Assembly: GCA_026710875.1 (NCBI GenBank)
Contig: JAPOQE010000163.1
Coordinates: 1-54,970 of the forward strand
Source: Gammaproteobacteria bacterium
Lineage (GTDB): Bacteria > Pseudomonadota > Gammaproteobacteria > UBA4575
DNA: 54,970 nt
Reading direction: 5' to 3'
This document shows, in pieces, positions 40,712-51,059 of this stretch. Position numbers and translations under genes: made by a program. The stretch's first letter is position 1, and each line of letters begins with the position of its first letter. The notes under the pieces were generated by a model. The model was not told the origin of the DNA, made no database searches, and saw only the letters and a list, made by a program, of their open reading frames with translations.

Positions 40712-42085
40712 CTAGTATATTTTGTCGGGCAGCCAGGTTGCCAGGGCAGGGAATCGCACCAGCAACAACAAGGCCAGTACCTGTATCGCGATGAATGGTG
40801 CCACACCACGATAAATCTGCTTGGTGCGAATTTCTGCCGGTGCCACACCACGCAGATAAAACAGGGCAAATCCGAACGGCGGAGTCAGGAAAGAAGTCTG
40901 CAGATTAATGGCGATCATAATTCCCAGCCAGACCGGATCAATCCCCAGGCTCAACAACACGGGTCCGACAATCGGCACCACGACGAAGGTGATCTCGATA
41001 AAGTCCAGGATAAAACCCAATAAAAACATCAGCACCATGACTACCAGCATTGCGGAGAGTGCACCTCCAGGCAATTGCACCAATAGTTCGTGTACGGCAC
41101 TGTCTCCCCCGTAACCTCTGAACACCAGAGAGAAAATCGAGGCTCCAATAAAAATCATGAACACCATACAGGTGATTCGTACGGACCTTCTTATGACATC
41201 TCGAAGGCAATCGAGATCGAGACGGCGATAAAGAGAGGCCAGTAGAAGTGCGCCGACGGCACCCACCGAGGCCGCCTCGGAAGGAGTGGCAATACCTAGA
41301 ATGATCGAACCGAGCACTGCCACGATCAGTGCGATAGGGGGCACCAATGCGCGTAACACCTGTATGACCCATGCGCCAGCTCTTATGTCTGAGTCGCGTT
41401 TGACGATGGGCATCATCTCGGGTTTGAGCCAAGCGACGATTACCAGATACGCCAGGTACAAACCTACCAGCAGAATGCCCGGGATGATGGCGCCCACGAA
41501 CAAGTCACCTACTGAGACTGTGTCTGGCCTAAAGTTACCCTGGCTGAGTTGTGCTTGTTGGTATGCAGAGGATAGGACATCTCCCAACAACACCAGAATG
41601 ATCGATGGGGGGATAATCTGGCCAAGCGTGCCGGAAGCGCAAATCATGCCTGTTGAAATTTCAGGGTGATAGCCTCTTTTAAGCATGGTAGGCAGTGACA
41701 ATAATCCCATGGTCACTACAGTGGCTCCCACGATGCCGGTGCTTGCCGCTAGCAACATGCCAACCAGCACTACAGATATCCCAAGCCCACCGCGCAGCGA
41801 ACCAAACAGTGAACCCATGGTGTCAAGCAATGTGTCGGCAATATTTGACCGTTGCAGCATGACGCCCATGAATACAAATAGAGGAACTGCAATCAGTGTC
41901 TCATTCGTCATTATTCCGAACAGGCGACTTGGAAAAGCCTGCAACAGTGCAGGTTCGAATGTCCCGGTTGCAATTCCTGCTGCAGCGAATATGAGAGATA
42001 CCCCTGCAAGTGTGAAGGCAACAGGGTACCCCAGCAGCAACACCAGGATCACAGCTAAAAACAGTATGAAGGCAACGATTTCCAT
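40712..42085 (-). CDS. dctM: TRAP transporter large permease (DctM)
   Basis: 457 aa, ~12+ TM, DctM-like. Directly downstream of a DctQ-like gene. Confidence 0.9.
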   Translation of the reverse strand: MEIVAFILFLAVILVLLLGYPVAFTLAGVSLIFAAAGIATGTFEPALLQAFPSRLFGIMTNETLIAVPLFVFMGVMLQRSNIADTLLDTMGSLFGSLRGGLGISVVLVGMLLAASTGIVGATVVTMGLLSLPTMLKRGYHPEISTGMICASGTLGQIIPPSIILVLLGDVLSSAYQQAQLSQGNFRPDTVSVGDLFVGAIIPGILLVGLYLAYLVIVAWLKPEMMPIVKRDSDIRAGAWVIQVLRALVPPIALIVAVLGSIILGIATPSEAASVGAVGALLLASLYRRLDLDCLRDVIRRSVRITCMVFMIFIGASIFSLVFRGYGGDSAVHELLVQLPGGALSAMLVVMVLMFLLGFILDFIEITFVVVPIVGPVLLSLGIDPVWLGIMIAINLQTSFLTPPFGFALFYLRGVAPAEIRTKQIYRGVAPFIAIQVLALLLLVRFPALATWLPDKIY

Positions 42086-42094
42086 CGTGGTGAT

Positions 42095-42601
42095 CTACTT
42101 GCGTAAAGTAATCCAGGCGCGGCCAGCCATTGAAATGGCCTGCAGAATCAAAAGGGTGGCCATGACGGGAATGAAGGTCTTCAGAATGAAAACCAGTGGC
42201 AAGCCCCCCGCCTCACGGGATGTCTCAAGATACTTCCAGGAACTGATTACGTAATCAAAGCTCGTCCAGGCGATGAAGCCGGCAAAAGGCAGCAACAGCA
42301 GCACGCAGCCCAGCAAATCAACCCAGGCTCTTTTGCGCAAAGACATTCCCTGATAAAAAATATCCACCCGCACATGTTCATTGTGTTTGAGCGTATAAGC
42401 ACCCGCTACCATGAAAACAAACGCATGCAGATAGGTGATGGATTCCTGAAGAGCGATGCTTCCAAAATTAAGGCCGTAACGCAGCACTGCTACCAGAAAG
42501 GTAATGACTGTCATAATCAGTATAAGCCAGGCGGAAAATGTTCCGACACGCTCGTTCAGTGCATCAATTTGACTGCACAGCTTTTCCATTTTTTGTCTCA
42601 A
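42095..42601 (-). CDS. dctQ: TRAP transporter small permease (DctQ)
   Basis: 168 aa, 4 TM. Position upstream of dctM. Confidence 0.85.
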   Translation of the reverse strand: MRQKMEKLCSQIDALNERVGTFSAWLILIMTVITFLVAVLRYGLNFGSIALQESITYLHAFVFMVAGAYTLKHNEHVRVDIFYQGMSLRKRAWVDLLGCVLLLLPFAGFIAWTSFDYVISSWKYLETSREAGGLPLVFILKTFIPVMATLLILQAISMAGRAWITLRK

Positions 42602-42616
42602 GTAAGTGAAGCCAGT

Positions 42617-43558
42617 TCAGAAATCCAGATCCGGGGTGTAACGGATTCTAGAGAGCAGGATGTGTTTGAAGGCATCAGGGTCTTTTATGTGTGTTATCTC
42701 TCCGTCTTTGGGGTGGATCTGATCTCTCAGGCGTGAGAGCCAAAATCTCAATGCAGCCGCACGTAGCATGTACCCCCATGCTTTGAACTCGCAATCATGA
42801 AATTGACGTTCCATGCGGTAGGCTTCAACGAGTGGCGTATACAATTCCATATCTAGATTGCCTTCGTCGTCGCTGCACCAGTCATTCACAGTGATGGCAA
42901 GATCAAATAACAGATAATCATTGCAGGAGAGATAGAAGTCGATGATGCCGGTAAGTGCGTAGCGCTTGAACATCACATTGTCACGAAATAAATCAGCGTG
43001 CACGATCCCCTTCGGAAGATTGGGATCCAAAGGCTGCTTACGCAGCTGAATCTCCTGTTTCAGCAGTTGCTGGTCATCCTTTGAAATCTTGTGGAACAAG
43101 CGATCTGTCGTTTGCACTGCCCACTCAATTCCACGCGGGTTATCCAAATCACCTCTGAAAGATTCACCGAGAATATGTATTTGTGCCAGGGCATGTCCAA
43201 CTGCCGCACAGTGTTTTGCAGTGGGGATCAAAACATTATGTCCTTCCAGACGTCTTACGATTGCGGCGGGCTTGTTTTTCAATTCACGCACGTAATCGCC
43301 ATGCAAGTCTGCGATCGGATGAGCCGTAGGCATGCCGTGGTCCGACAGGTGTGCCATCAGTGCCAAGTAATATGGCAAGGTGTCAAAACCTACTTCTTCA
43401 AATATTGTCAGTACAAATTTGCCGTTTTCAGTAGTTACAAAATAATTGGTGTTTTCGATACCTGCATTGATACCTTCATGGTTTAATAACGTACCCAACG
43501 AGTAGTTTTTTAGAAAAACTTCAAGCTCCTGTGGCTTGATGTTTGTATAAACGGACAT
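42617..43558 (-). CDS. thrB: Homoserine kinase, pseudomonad type (APH/choline-kinase fold)
   Basis: 'MSVYTNI...LEVFLKNYSLG...EGINAGIENTNYFV' and the catalytic 'IVHADLFRDNVMF'. 313 aa. Confidence 0.88.
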   Translation of the reverse strand: MSVYTNIKPQELEVFLKNYSLGTLLNHEGINAGIENTNYFVTTENGKFVLTIFEEVGFDTLPYYLALMAHLSDHGMPTAHPIADLHGDYVRELKNKPAAIVRRLEGHNVLIPTAKHCAAVGHALAQIHILGESFRGDLDNPRGIEWAVQTTDRLFHKISKDDQQLLKQEIQLRKQPLDPNLPKGIVHADLFRDNVMFKRYALTGIIDFYLSCNDYLLFDLAITVNDWCSDDEGNLDMELYTPLVEAYRMERQFHDCEFKAWGYMLRAAALRFWLSRLRDQIHPKDGEITHIKDPDAFKHILLSRIRYTPDLDF

Positions 43559-43784
43559 GTACTGTGACTATGGTTAGTTATGTCGTTGCCGCGAACGGTC
43601 TACAATCCCTGAAGCAAAAAATTAGGACATCCTGCCTGCAGATGGCCAGCTGCAGGCATCTACCTGGCTAGACGACGTGATGAGTTTATGCTGTGGAATA
43701 ATTCGTGCAACCCCTGCAGTAAATACGCGCAATCATAGCGTGCAGTATGAACTTCCTCCAGTAATTACCGATCTTAGATGAAGC

Positions 43785-46511
43785 ATGTCTGACTCCGACC
43801 AATCCCCTGTTATTCTGGTTGACGGCTCGTCCTATCTGTATCGCGCCTTTCATGTGCCGGAACTGCAGTCTCTGATCACATCATCCGGGCAACCCACCGG
43901 AGCTGTTTACGGTGTTGTGAACATGATCAAGAGACTACTGGGCAAGGAGCAGCCCAGCCACATCGCGGTGGTGTTCGATGCCAAGGGCAAAACTTTCCGA
44001 CATGAGTTATACACCGAGTACAAGGCCAACCGACCACCGATGCCGGATGAGCTTCGCACGCAGATAGACCCCCTGCATTCTGTAATACGTGCACTGGGGC
44101 TCGTATTGCTCTCTGAGCCCAACGTTGAAGCGGATGATGTAATTGGAACATTAGCCTCACAGGCAGTGGAGCAAGGTCGTGAGGTTCTGATTTCGACCGG
44201 CGACAAGGATATGGCACAACTGGTAAACGAGCATGTCACGTTGGTCAATACCATGACAAATACGAAAATGGATGCTTCGGGTGTGATGAAAAAATTTGGT
44301 GTCACACCACACCAGATTATCGACTATCTTGCATTAACGGGGGACAAGTCTGACAACATACCCGGGGTGCCAGGTGTTGGCCCAAAAACGGCAGCCAAAT
44401 GGCTGAATGAATACGGCTCACTGGAAGAAATTGTATCTCATGCAGATTCCATTACCGGGAAGATTGGTGAGAAGCTGCGTGCTCATATTGCACAACTACC
44501 CCTTTCACATGATCTCGCATCGATACGCTGTGCGTTGGAATTGCCGGTGGATATTGATGATTTGCGAGTTCAGTCACCGGACATTGGACAGTTAAAAACG
44601 TTATATACCGAGCTTGAATTCAAGTCCTGGATGAGTTCGCTAGCTACCCATGAAAGTGACCCGATGCCGGTCGCCCCTGACGAGGCGATCGCAGACACAA
44701 CCAGTTATGAGCTCATCCTGAACGAGGAAGACCTGGACCGCTGGCTGGCAAGCGTGCAAAACGCGGACCTAGTAGCCATGCATGCACAAACAGATTGTCC
44801 GGACTATATGCGAGCCGAGGTTGTCGGCTTGTCTCTTTCAGTGAGTCCCGGTGAAGCGGCCTATATCCCTTTCGCACATCATTATCCGGATGTGCCCGAA
44901 CAACTGGACCGCAATACCACCCTGAAAAGACTTGAACCCATTCTAAATTCAACCCCACCCAAAGTTATTGGTCATAATCTCAAGCACGATCGCAGCGTGT
45001 TGTTAAATTATGGAATTCATCTTGAAGGGGTTCGGCATGACATCATGCTGCAGTCTTATGTAAGTAATTCCGTGGCCAGTCGTCATGACTTGAATTCATT
45101 GTGCAAAAAGTATCTTGATCGCACGAACGTGGATATCACGGATATTATCGGAAAGGGAGCCAAACGAATCGCGTTTGACCAGGTAGCGCTTGATGATGCT
45201 ACGGAATTTGTTTCAGGAAGTGCAGACATGGCACTGCGGTTGCACAAGATGTTCTGGTCTGAGCTGCAACAACCACAGAAATCCAGGCTAAAGAGCCTGT
45301 ATGAGGAAGTGGAACTCCCAATGCTGAAGGTCCTTTCGAACATGGAACGCCAGGGGGTTCTGCTTGATTCCCGGCAGCTGACAAAGCAGAGCCAGCAGCT
45401 TGATGAAAGGATCCAAGAGATTGAAGCACAGGCGTTTGAGCTTGCCGGGGAAGAGTTTAACCTGGGCTCTCCAAAGCAAATCCAGGAAGTCTTGTTCGAA
45501 AGACAGGGCTTGCCTGTGCGACGTAAAACCCCTACCGGTCAGCCCTCGACGGCAGAGGACGTGTTGCAGGAACTTGCACGGGATTTCCCCTTGCCCAAGC
45601 TCTTGTTGGAGCATCGCGCACTCAGCAAGCTGAAATCAACCTATACCGACAAGCTTCCCGGTCTGATCAACCCGGTTACAGGACGCATTCACACTTCCTA
45701 CCACCAAGCCGTTGCAGCTACGGGTCGCCTGTCTTCTTCGGACCCCAATTTACAAAACATCCCGATCCGTACGGAAGAGGGGCGGCGAATTCGACAGGCC
45801 TTCGTGGCACCGGAATCTCATACCATACTGGCAGCCGACTACTCGCAAATTGAACTGCGTATCATGGCACATCTGTCACAAGATGAGCGATTGTGTGACG
45901 CCTTTTCAAAAGGCGAAGACATTCATCGTGCAACGGCTGCTGAGGTATTTGCATGCAGCCTTGAAGCTGTGGGTCCTGAACAAAGGCGTGCAGCCAAAGC
46001 GATCAACTTTGGCTTGATTTATGGCATGTCGGCATTTGGTCTGGCAGCACAACTTGGGATTTCCCGTTCTGAAGCCCAGCAGTACGTGCGCCTCTACTTT
46101 GATCGCTACCCGGGGGTGAAGAAGTACATGGGAGATATACGCGAACAAGCACGCACACAGGGCTATGTGGAGACACTTTTTGGTCGGCGACTCTATCTGC
46201 CCGACATCAACCACAAAAATGTCAAGCTACGCCAGTACGCAGAGCGTACGGCGATTAATGCGCCGATGCAGGGAACGGCTGCTGACATCATCAAGCGCGC
46301 CATGATTCAGATCGATGCCTGGCTTGAGCAGGAGAATCCGGGATGCAAGATGATCATGCAGGTCCATGATGAACTTGTTTTTGAGGTCCACAGGGAATAC
46401 ATGGATGTCGTCTGTGAGTCGGTAAAACGGAAAATGTCAGCTGCGGCCGAACTTTCCGTACCTCTGGTCGTGGATGCAGCGTATGGCAATAACTGGGATG
46501 AAGCTCACTAA
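43785..46511 (+). CDS. polA: DNA polymerase I
   Basis: 5'-nuclease N-terminus, 3'-5' exonuclease region, and polymerase motifs 'DYSQIELRIMAH', 'RRAAKAINFGLIYGMS', 'QVHDELVFE'. 908 aa. Confidence 0.97.
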   Translation: MSDSDQSPVILVDGSSYLYRAFHVPELQSLITSSGQPTGAVYGVVNMIKRLLGKEQPSHIAVVFDAKGKTFRHELYTEYKANRPPMPDELRTQIDPLHSVIRALGLVLLSEPNVEADDVIGTLASQAVEQGREVLISTGDKDMAQLVNEHVTLVNTMTNTKMDASGVMKKFGVTPHQIIDYLALTGDKSDNIPGVPGVGPKTAAKWLNEYGSLEEIVSHADSITGKIGEKLRAHIAQLPLSHDLASIRCALELPVDIDDLRVQSPDIGQLKTLYTELEFKSWMSSLATHESDPMPVAPDEAIADTTSYELILNEEDLDRWLASVQNADLVAMHAQTDCPDYMRAEVVGLSLSVSPGEAAYIPFAHHYPDVPEQLDRNTTLKRLEPILNSTPPKVIGHNLKHDRSVLLNYGIHLEGVRHDIMLQSYVSNSVASRHDLNSLCKKYLDRTNVDITDIIGKGAKRIAFDQVALDDATEFVSGSADMALRLHKMFWSELQQPQKSRLKSLYEEVELPMLKVLSNMERQGVLLDSRQLTKQSQQLDERIQEIEAQAFELAGEEFNLGSPKQIQEVLFERQGLPVRRKTPTGQPSTAEDVLQELARDFPLPKLLLEHRALSKLKSTYTDKLPGLINPVTGRIHTSYHQAVAATGRLSSSDPNLQNIPIRTEEGRRIRQAFVAPESHTILAADYSQIELRIMAHLSQDERLCDAFSKGEDIHRATAAEVFACSLEAVGPEQRRAAKAINFGLIYGMSAFGLAAQLGISRSEAQQYVRLYFDRYPGVKKYMGDIREQARTQGYVETLFGRRLYLPDINHKNVKLRQYAERTAINAPMQGTAADIIKRAMIQIDAWLEQENPGCKMIMQVHDELVFEVHREYMDVVCESVKRKMSAAAELSVPLVVDAAYGNNWDEAH

Positions 46512-46743
46512 CAGAACGTTTTGTTTGGCAAGGAACGACAGGTGTGGTGTGCTGGAGGTTGCCTGGACCGACATCAGCATCCTCCGCGTCACTACCCACA
46601 CCTGACGCATCAACTTTTCCTGTAAAGCAGGTCACCACCGGCCCTGGGTATCGCAGGCCGGATTGCGACAGCCGCAGTATTGTTTATTTGATGCAGCGAG
46701 CCTGCTCTACCGGACTCTGTAACGAACCCCCCCTTTGACTGGC

Positions 46744-48018
46744 TTATTCAAAAACCGCCCCGGGATTATCCAGGCTGTCAGACCCTTCGAACTCGATCGA
46801 GGCCAGCTGCAGGGCAGCCGCCGCCTGTTCGATCGCACGTGTCTGCGTGGTTAAGGCATCAATGGCAGCCTGAACCCTGGCATTACCCGCGTCATTGCCC
46901 GTACCGATCATCTGGTCATAGGCTTCTCCGCTTTTCGCCGAATACACAAGCTTTTCCATTGCAGCCATGGTGGTATCCAGCTGATCACGCAAGTCCCGGT
47001 CGACCGTGGGTGATGTTGCGGCGACAATGGCAGAGAGGCTCGGCCCCTCTACCACTGAACCATCGATACGGTGATACCTGCCTAGATAGATGTTACGGAT
47101 ACCCATTGCATCATAGTAGTGGGAGTGATGGGTGTTGTCGCTGAAGCAGTCATGCTCCTCTTCAGGATCATGCAACAGCAGCCCAAGCTGCATCCTCTCG
47201 CCAGCCAGTTCTCCATAGGAAAGACTGCCCATGCCGGTCACGATTGTTGACAGACCGGTCTCAGCGCTGCCGCCGATCAAGCCTTCACGCGCTTTACCAC
47301 CAGGGGCCCACTGAGCAACCATCCAAGTCAGGTCATCCACCAGCAGATCCGTCGCTGCTTTCAGGTAGGCTGCCCGTCGCTCACAGTTTTTCCAGGAGCA
47401 ATTGTCCGGGTCAAAGTCAGTGGCAGGACGATTGCCACTGCCCGAGCCTATACCGTTGAGATCTTGGCCCCAGAGCAGAAATTCTATGGCATGGTATCCC
47501 GTTGCAACATTGGCTTCGACGCCACCGAGTTCGTGCAGCGTGTTAGCTAGCAGGTCCTTGGTGATGTGCGCTGTGTCAATGGTTTGCCCGGAGAAGGTGA
47601 AACTTGAACTTGCAATGACATTGGCCCTGTAGGCCGGATTTTCCTCTGACTCCGCACCATAGCTTGCAGCGACATAGTCAATCAGACCCTCATCGAGGGG
47701 CCAGGCATTTACCCTGCCTTCCCAGTCATCAACAATCGCATTGCCAAACCGGAAGACTTCGCTCTGCATATAGGGAACTCGGGAGGCTAACCAGGCTGTC
47801 CGCGCATGGCGCAGATTTTCCACGGTCGGCGCCGCGATCAACTCGTCGACGGCATTCTGCAAGACGCGCGCCGTGATCAGCGAATCCTCATACACCGCGT
47901 GTGCCAAATCGGTGTAGTGTTTAACAACCTCGCTTGCTTGCGGCACTGCAAAAGCAGGCGCGGTCATAAATGACAGCGCCGCTATGACCAGGCAGGTCTT
48001 TCTCATCAGTTTTTTCAT
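46744..48018 (-). CDS. Imelysin (Peptidase_M75 / IrpA-like) periplasmic protein
   Basis: Start moved to the ATG at 48018, giving the signal peptide 'MKKLMRKTCLVIAALSFMTAPAFA' and removing the overlap with the upstream gene. Imelysin GxHxxE motif 'TGYHAIEFLLWGQD'. Confidence 0.85.
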   Translation of the reverse strand: MKKLMRKTCLVIAALSFMTAPAFAVPQASEVVKHYTDLAHAVYEDSLITARVLQNAVDELIAAPTVENLRHARTAWLASRVPYMQSEVFRFGNAIVDDWEGRVNAWPLDEGLIDYVAASYGAESEENPAYRANVIASSSFTFSGQTIDTAHITKDLLANTLHELGGVEANVATGYHAIEFLLWGQDLNGIGSGSGNRPATDFDPDNCSWKNCERRAAYLKAATDLLVDDLTWMVAQWAPGGKAREGLIGGSAETGLSTIVTGMGSLSYGELAGERMQLGLLLHDPEEEHDCFSDNTHHSHYYDAMGIRNIYLGRYHRIDGSVVEGPSLSAIVAATSPTVDRDLRDQLDTTMAAMEKLVYSAKSGEAYDQMIGTGNDAGNARVQAAIDALTTQTRAIEQAAAALQLASIEFEGSDSLDNPGAVFE

Positions 48019-48046
48019 GATTGATTTACTCTCAATTTGTGGTTGC

Positions 48047-49210
48047 TTAGAATTCTGTTGCGAGCTGGAAGGTGACGATATCAGCGTCACCACCTGAATA
48101 GTCATTTGTATCAGGGTCTCCGTAATCCTCGTCGAATGCCCCTTCTACCGCCAGCGCAATTCCTTCCATCATTTCAACCGACAGGCCGACGAGGAAGCGC
48201 TCTTCAGGCAATTCAAGTGCAGCTGCTTCATCGGTCTCCTGGTATCCAATGGCAAACGTTGCGGGCATGCCCGCCAGCTCAAAATCAAGTGCGGCTTCAA
48301 CCATGTAGCTGCTCGGTTCGGCACCTTCTCCATCAAACTCCATCTCGCCCATCTCGAAATCTTCGGTTGCTCCGAGGTACTCGGTGAGAAGCGACAGGTT
48401 TCCAAGTCGCAGCTGTGCACTTGCAGACCAGCCGCCGACCTGGCTGTCATATACACCCTCATCACCCAGATTATCTGTAACGAGTTCCTGCAGACTGTCG
48501 GAGTCCCCTATGTCGCTGATGTACGAGAGATTCAGACCAAACTCCGTACCTTCTCCTTCAATCGAATAGCCGACAGCAGCACCAAAGCTGTCAATCTCGG
48601 ATTCCCCATCTTCATCAAGATCGCCATTGAAGGCATAAAGCGCACCGCGCATACCTCCGGATTCAAAACCGAATTGCAGTGCGGATTCTCTTGTTTCACC
48701 AAGTTCAAGGGTCATGGAGTCCGATATGAAGTTGCTTTCAAATACGCCAAATGGAACAAAGAACTGGCCTGCCGTAATTACCCAGGGGCCTGGTGTAAAC
48801 GTCATCGTCGCGACATCTACTTCCAAAGGCGTGTCATCTTCCTCATACAAAAGAACAACTTCCGCACTTGCCATGTCGGTAAGTTCGCCAGCGATCCCAA
48901 GCTCCACCGTTGCCACTGCAACATCCGATTCCTCGTCGGTCCTACTCGGGTCCACATAGGCAGCTTCTACTTCAATGAGGCCACCAATTTCGATTGAATT
49001 TGACGACTCGTCCTCGTGTCTGGATAGCGTTGCAAGCTGGCGGTCCTTTTCGACGATGACCTTATCCTGAGCGGCAACACGTTCTTCCAAATACTGTATG
49101 CGTCGTTCCATGTTTGCGAGCCGCTCCTCAATTGATTCTTTGGCCAGGATTGGTGCGTGCCAGACCAGTACCACTGCTCCGGCGAAAAACATGGCCCACA
49201 ATTTATTCAT
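48047..49210 (-). CDS. Putative outer-membrane porin (acidic beta-barrel with N-terminal coiled coil)
   Basis: Signal peptide, coiled coil 'ERLANMERRIQYLEERVAAQDK', alternating-residue beta-strand pattern, and a C-terminal 'TFQLATEF' ending in Phe, typical of OMPs. Confidence 0.65.
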   Translation of the reverse strand: MNKLWAMFFAGAVVLVWHAPILAKESIEERLANMERRIQYLEERVAAQDKVIVEKDRQLATLSRHEDESSNSIEIGGLIEVEAAYVDPSRTDEESDVAVATVELGIAGELTDMASAEVVLLYEEDDTPLEVDVATMTFTPGPWVITAGQFFVPFGVFESNFISDSMTLELGETRESALQFGFESGGMRGALYAFNGDLDEDGESEIDSFGAAVGYSIEGEGTEFGLNLSYISDIGDSDSLQELVTDNLGDEGVYDSQVGGWSASAQLRLGNLSLLTEYLGATEDFEMGEMEFDGEGAEPSSYMVEAALDFELAGMPATFAIGYQETDEAAALELPEERFLVGLSVEMMEGIALAVEGAFDEDYGDPDTNDYSGGDADIVTFQLATEF

Positions 49211-49233
49211 ATCTGTACCTCCTTAGTACTAAT

Positions 49234-49260
49234 GCGTATTATTATCATTCTTATTAGCAT
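49234..49260. promoter_or_regulatory. Putative Fur box in the divergent porin/imelysin <-> di-haem gene promoter region
   Basis: 'GCGTATTATTATCATTCTTATTAGCAT'. By my hand alignment it matches 12/19 positions of GATAATGATAATCATTATC and reads as 3-4 consecutive NATWAT-like hexamers. It lies 25-50 nt upstream of the porin start. Confidence 0.5.
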
Positions 49261-49359
49261 GATGTAAACAATTTTTTTATTCCAAAGAATTATGATGGAT
49301 GGGAATGTCGGTCCTGACTCGTTCACCATGCAACGCATGGCCACTAGTAACGTATAGAT

Positions 49360-50865
49360 ATGTTATTTCATAAAAATCCAAGGTCCTTGATCCTTGTAGC
49401 GGGGATCTGCTTATGGGCTGTTTCGACGCTGTCTCTAGCTGCGCAAGATGCGGAACGCCAGCGGGTTTTGGCAGTAATACAACCCACCGAAAATTTTTCT
49501 CTGGCAGAAGCCTATGAGCTTCGCCCGGGAGGTGCAGCCACGGTATTCAAAAGAGTGAATCGCGATGCTTTCTCGCACCCATCAGCCAATATGCCCTTTG
49601 AACGCCAACTCGACTTCAGGGTGGGCGATGGAATTTTCAAGAAAATCTGGGTTTCATCGCCAAGCTCAACCACATCTTCGGATGGCTTGGGTCCTCTCTT
49701 TAATGCGCGTTCTTGCCAACGCTGTCACCTGAAAGACGGGCGGGGACGTCCACCGGTTGAAGGTGAGAAATCAGGCTTGATGCTTCTGAAATTATCTATT
49801 CCATCGCAGACCGAAGAGGATCGCTTGGCCCTTTTACAACACCGCATCAGCACTATTCCGGAGCCGACCTACGGAAGCCAGCTACAAAATTTCTCAGTCC
49901 AGGGTGTGCATAGTGAGGGTGAACTCTTGATTCAATACGAGGAGGTGCCAGTTCGGCTTGCAGATGGGGAAATCATCAATCTGCGTAATCCGGTGTATAA
50001 AATTACAGATCTTCACTATGGAAAACTACATCCCGATGCGATGATTTCACCCCGTGTGCCTCCCCCCGTGATCGGGATGGGCCTGCTGGAGGCAATCCTG
50101 GATGCAGATATCCTTCGCCATGCCGATCCGGATGACCTGGATGGGGATGGGATATCCGGGCGGGCAAGGCAGGTGTGGAGTGATGAGCACAAGAAAGTGA
50201 TGCTTGGCCGATTTGGCTGGAAGGCTGGACAGCCCACTCTTGAGCAGCAGGCCGCGGATGCATTTCTGAACGATATTGGAGTATCTACCTCCCTCTATCC
50301 GATACCACATGGAGATTGCACCGCTGCACAAAAGGACTGCGTGGCAGGTCCGCATGGGGACACGCCTGCCAGCAATGGCATCGAAGCCGTTACAAAAATG
50401 TTTGACCGCCTGGTTTTCTATACCCGAAATCTGGGTGTCCCTGCCCGGCGCAAGGTCGATGACCCTACGGTGCTAAAGGGCAAGCGCTTGTTCTATGAAG
50501 CACAATGTGCTGCGTGTCACGTGCCAAAATTCGTGACTCGGCGTGACTCGATAGGGGAGGAGCAGTCCTTCCAGCTGATATGGCCCTACACGGACCTCTT
50601 ATTGCATGATATGGGTGAGGGGCTTACGGACAAGCGACCCGAAGGTAATGCCACTGGGCAGGAATGGCGAACGCCACCACTTTGGGGAATCGGGCTTACA
50701 GAGATGGTCAGTGGACATACCCAATTTTTGCATGATGGGCGTGCGCGCAATCTTCTGGAAGCCATACTCTGGCATGGTGGTGAGGCGGAGGCCTCAAAGC
50801 AGCGAGTGACCAGGATGGCACGAGATGATCGCGATGCACTTCTAGCATTCTTGCGTTCTCTATGA
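49360..50865 (+). CDS. Di-haem oxidoreductase / DUF1111 family (cytochrome c peroxidase-like)
   Basis: Signal peptide and two CxxCH haem motifs ('CQRCH', 'CAACH'). Neighbourhood with imelysin, as in iron-regulated imelysin/DUF1111 clusters. Confidence 0.85.
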   Translation: MLFHKNPRSLILVAGICLWAVSTLSLAAQDAERQRVLAVIQPTENFSLAEAYELRPGGAATVFKRVNRDAFSHPSANMPFERQLDFRVGDGIFKKIWVSSPSSTTSSDGLGPLFNARSCQRCHLKDGRGRPPVEGEKSGLMLLKLSIPSQTEEDRLALLQHRISTIPEPTYGSQLQNFSVQGVHSEGELLIQYEEVPVRLADGEIINLRNPVYKITDLHYGKLHPDAMISPRVPPPVIGMGLLEAILDADILRHADPDDLDGDGISGRARQVWSDEHKKVMLGRFGWKAGQPTLEQQAADAFLNDIGVSTSLYPIPHGDCTAAQKDCVAGPHGDTPASNGIEAVTKMFDRLVFYTRNLGVPARRKVDDPTVLKGKRLFYEAQCAACHVPKFVTRRDSIGEEQSFQLIWPYTDLLLHDMGEGLTDKRPEGNATGQEWRTPPLWGIGLTEMVSGHTQFLHDGRARNLLEAILWHGGEAEASKQRVTRMARDDRDALLAFLRSL

Positions 50866-51059
50866 TCCACGAGTGAAGGCTGATGAGAAATTCATGCAGG
50901 TTGTCTTACTTATGGCCATGGCGGCCCCTGCATGAAGTCATTATGCGAAGGCACAGAGGGAGCGAGATGGGCGTTATACCTCTTTTGGCTAGGGGGAGGT
51001 CGAGACCCTACTCACATTGAGCCGTGAACTTTCATGACTTTATGCTCTCTAAGCCATAG

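Noticed and set aside
50883-51023. ~46-codon ORF in the structured region after the DUF1111 gene
   Set aside because: Arg-rich, no SD, and it coincides with long inverted repeats. RNA structure explains the region better than coding.
50980-51030. tRNA- or tmRNA-like fragment ('GGGGGAGGTCGAGACCCT')
   Set aside because: No cloverleaf can be drawn. There is no GTTCGAATC-type T-loop, no acceptor stem pairing and no CCA-proximal structure.
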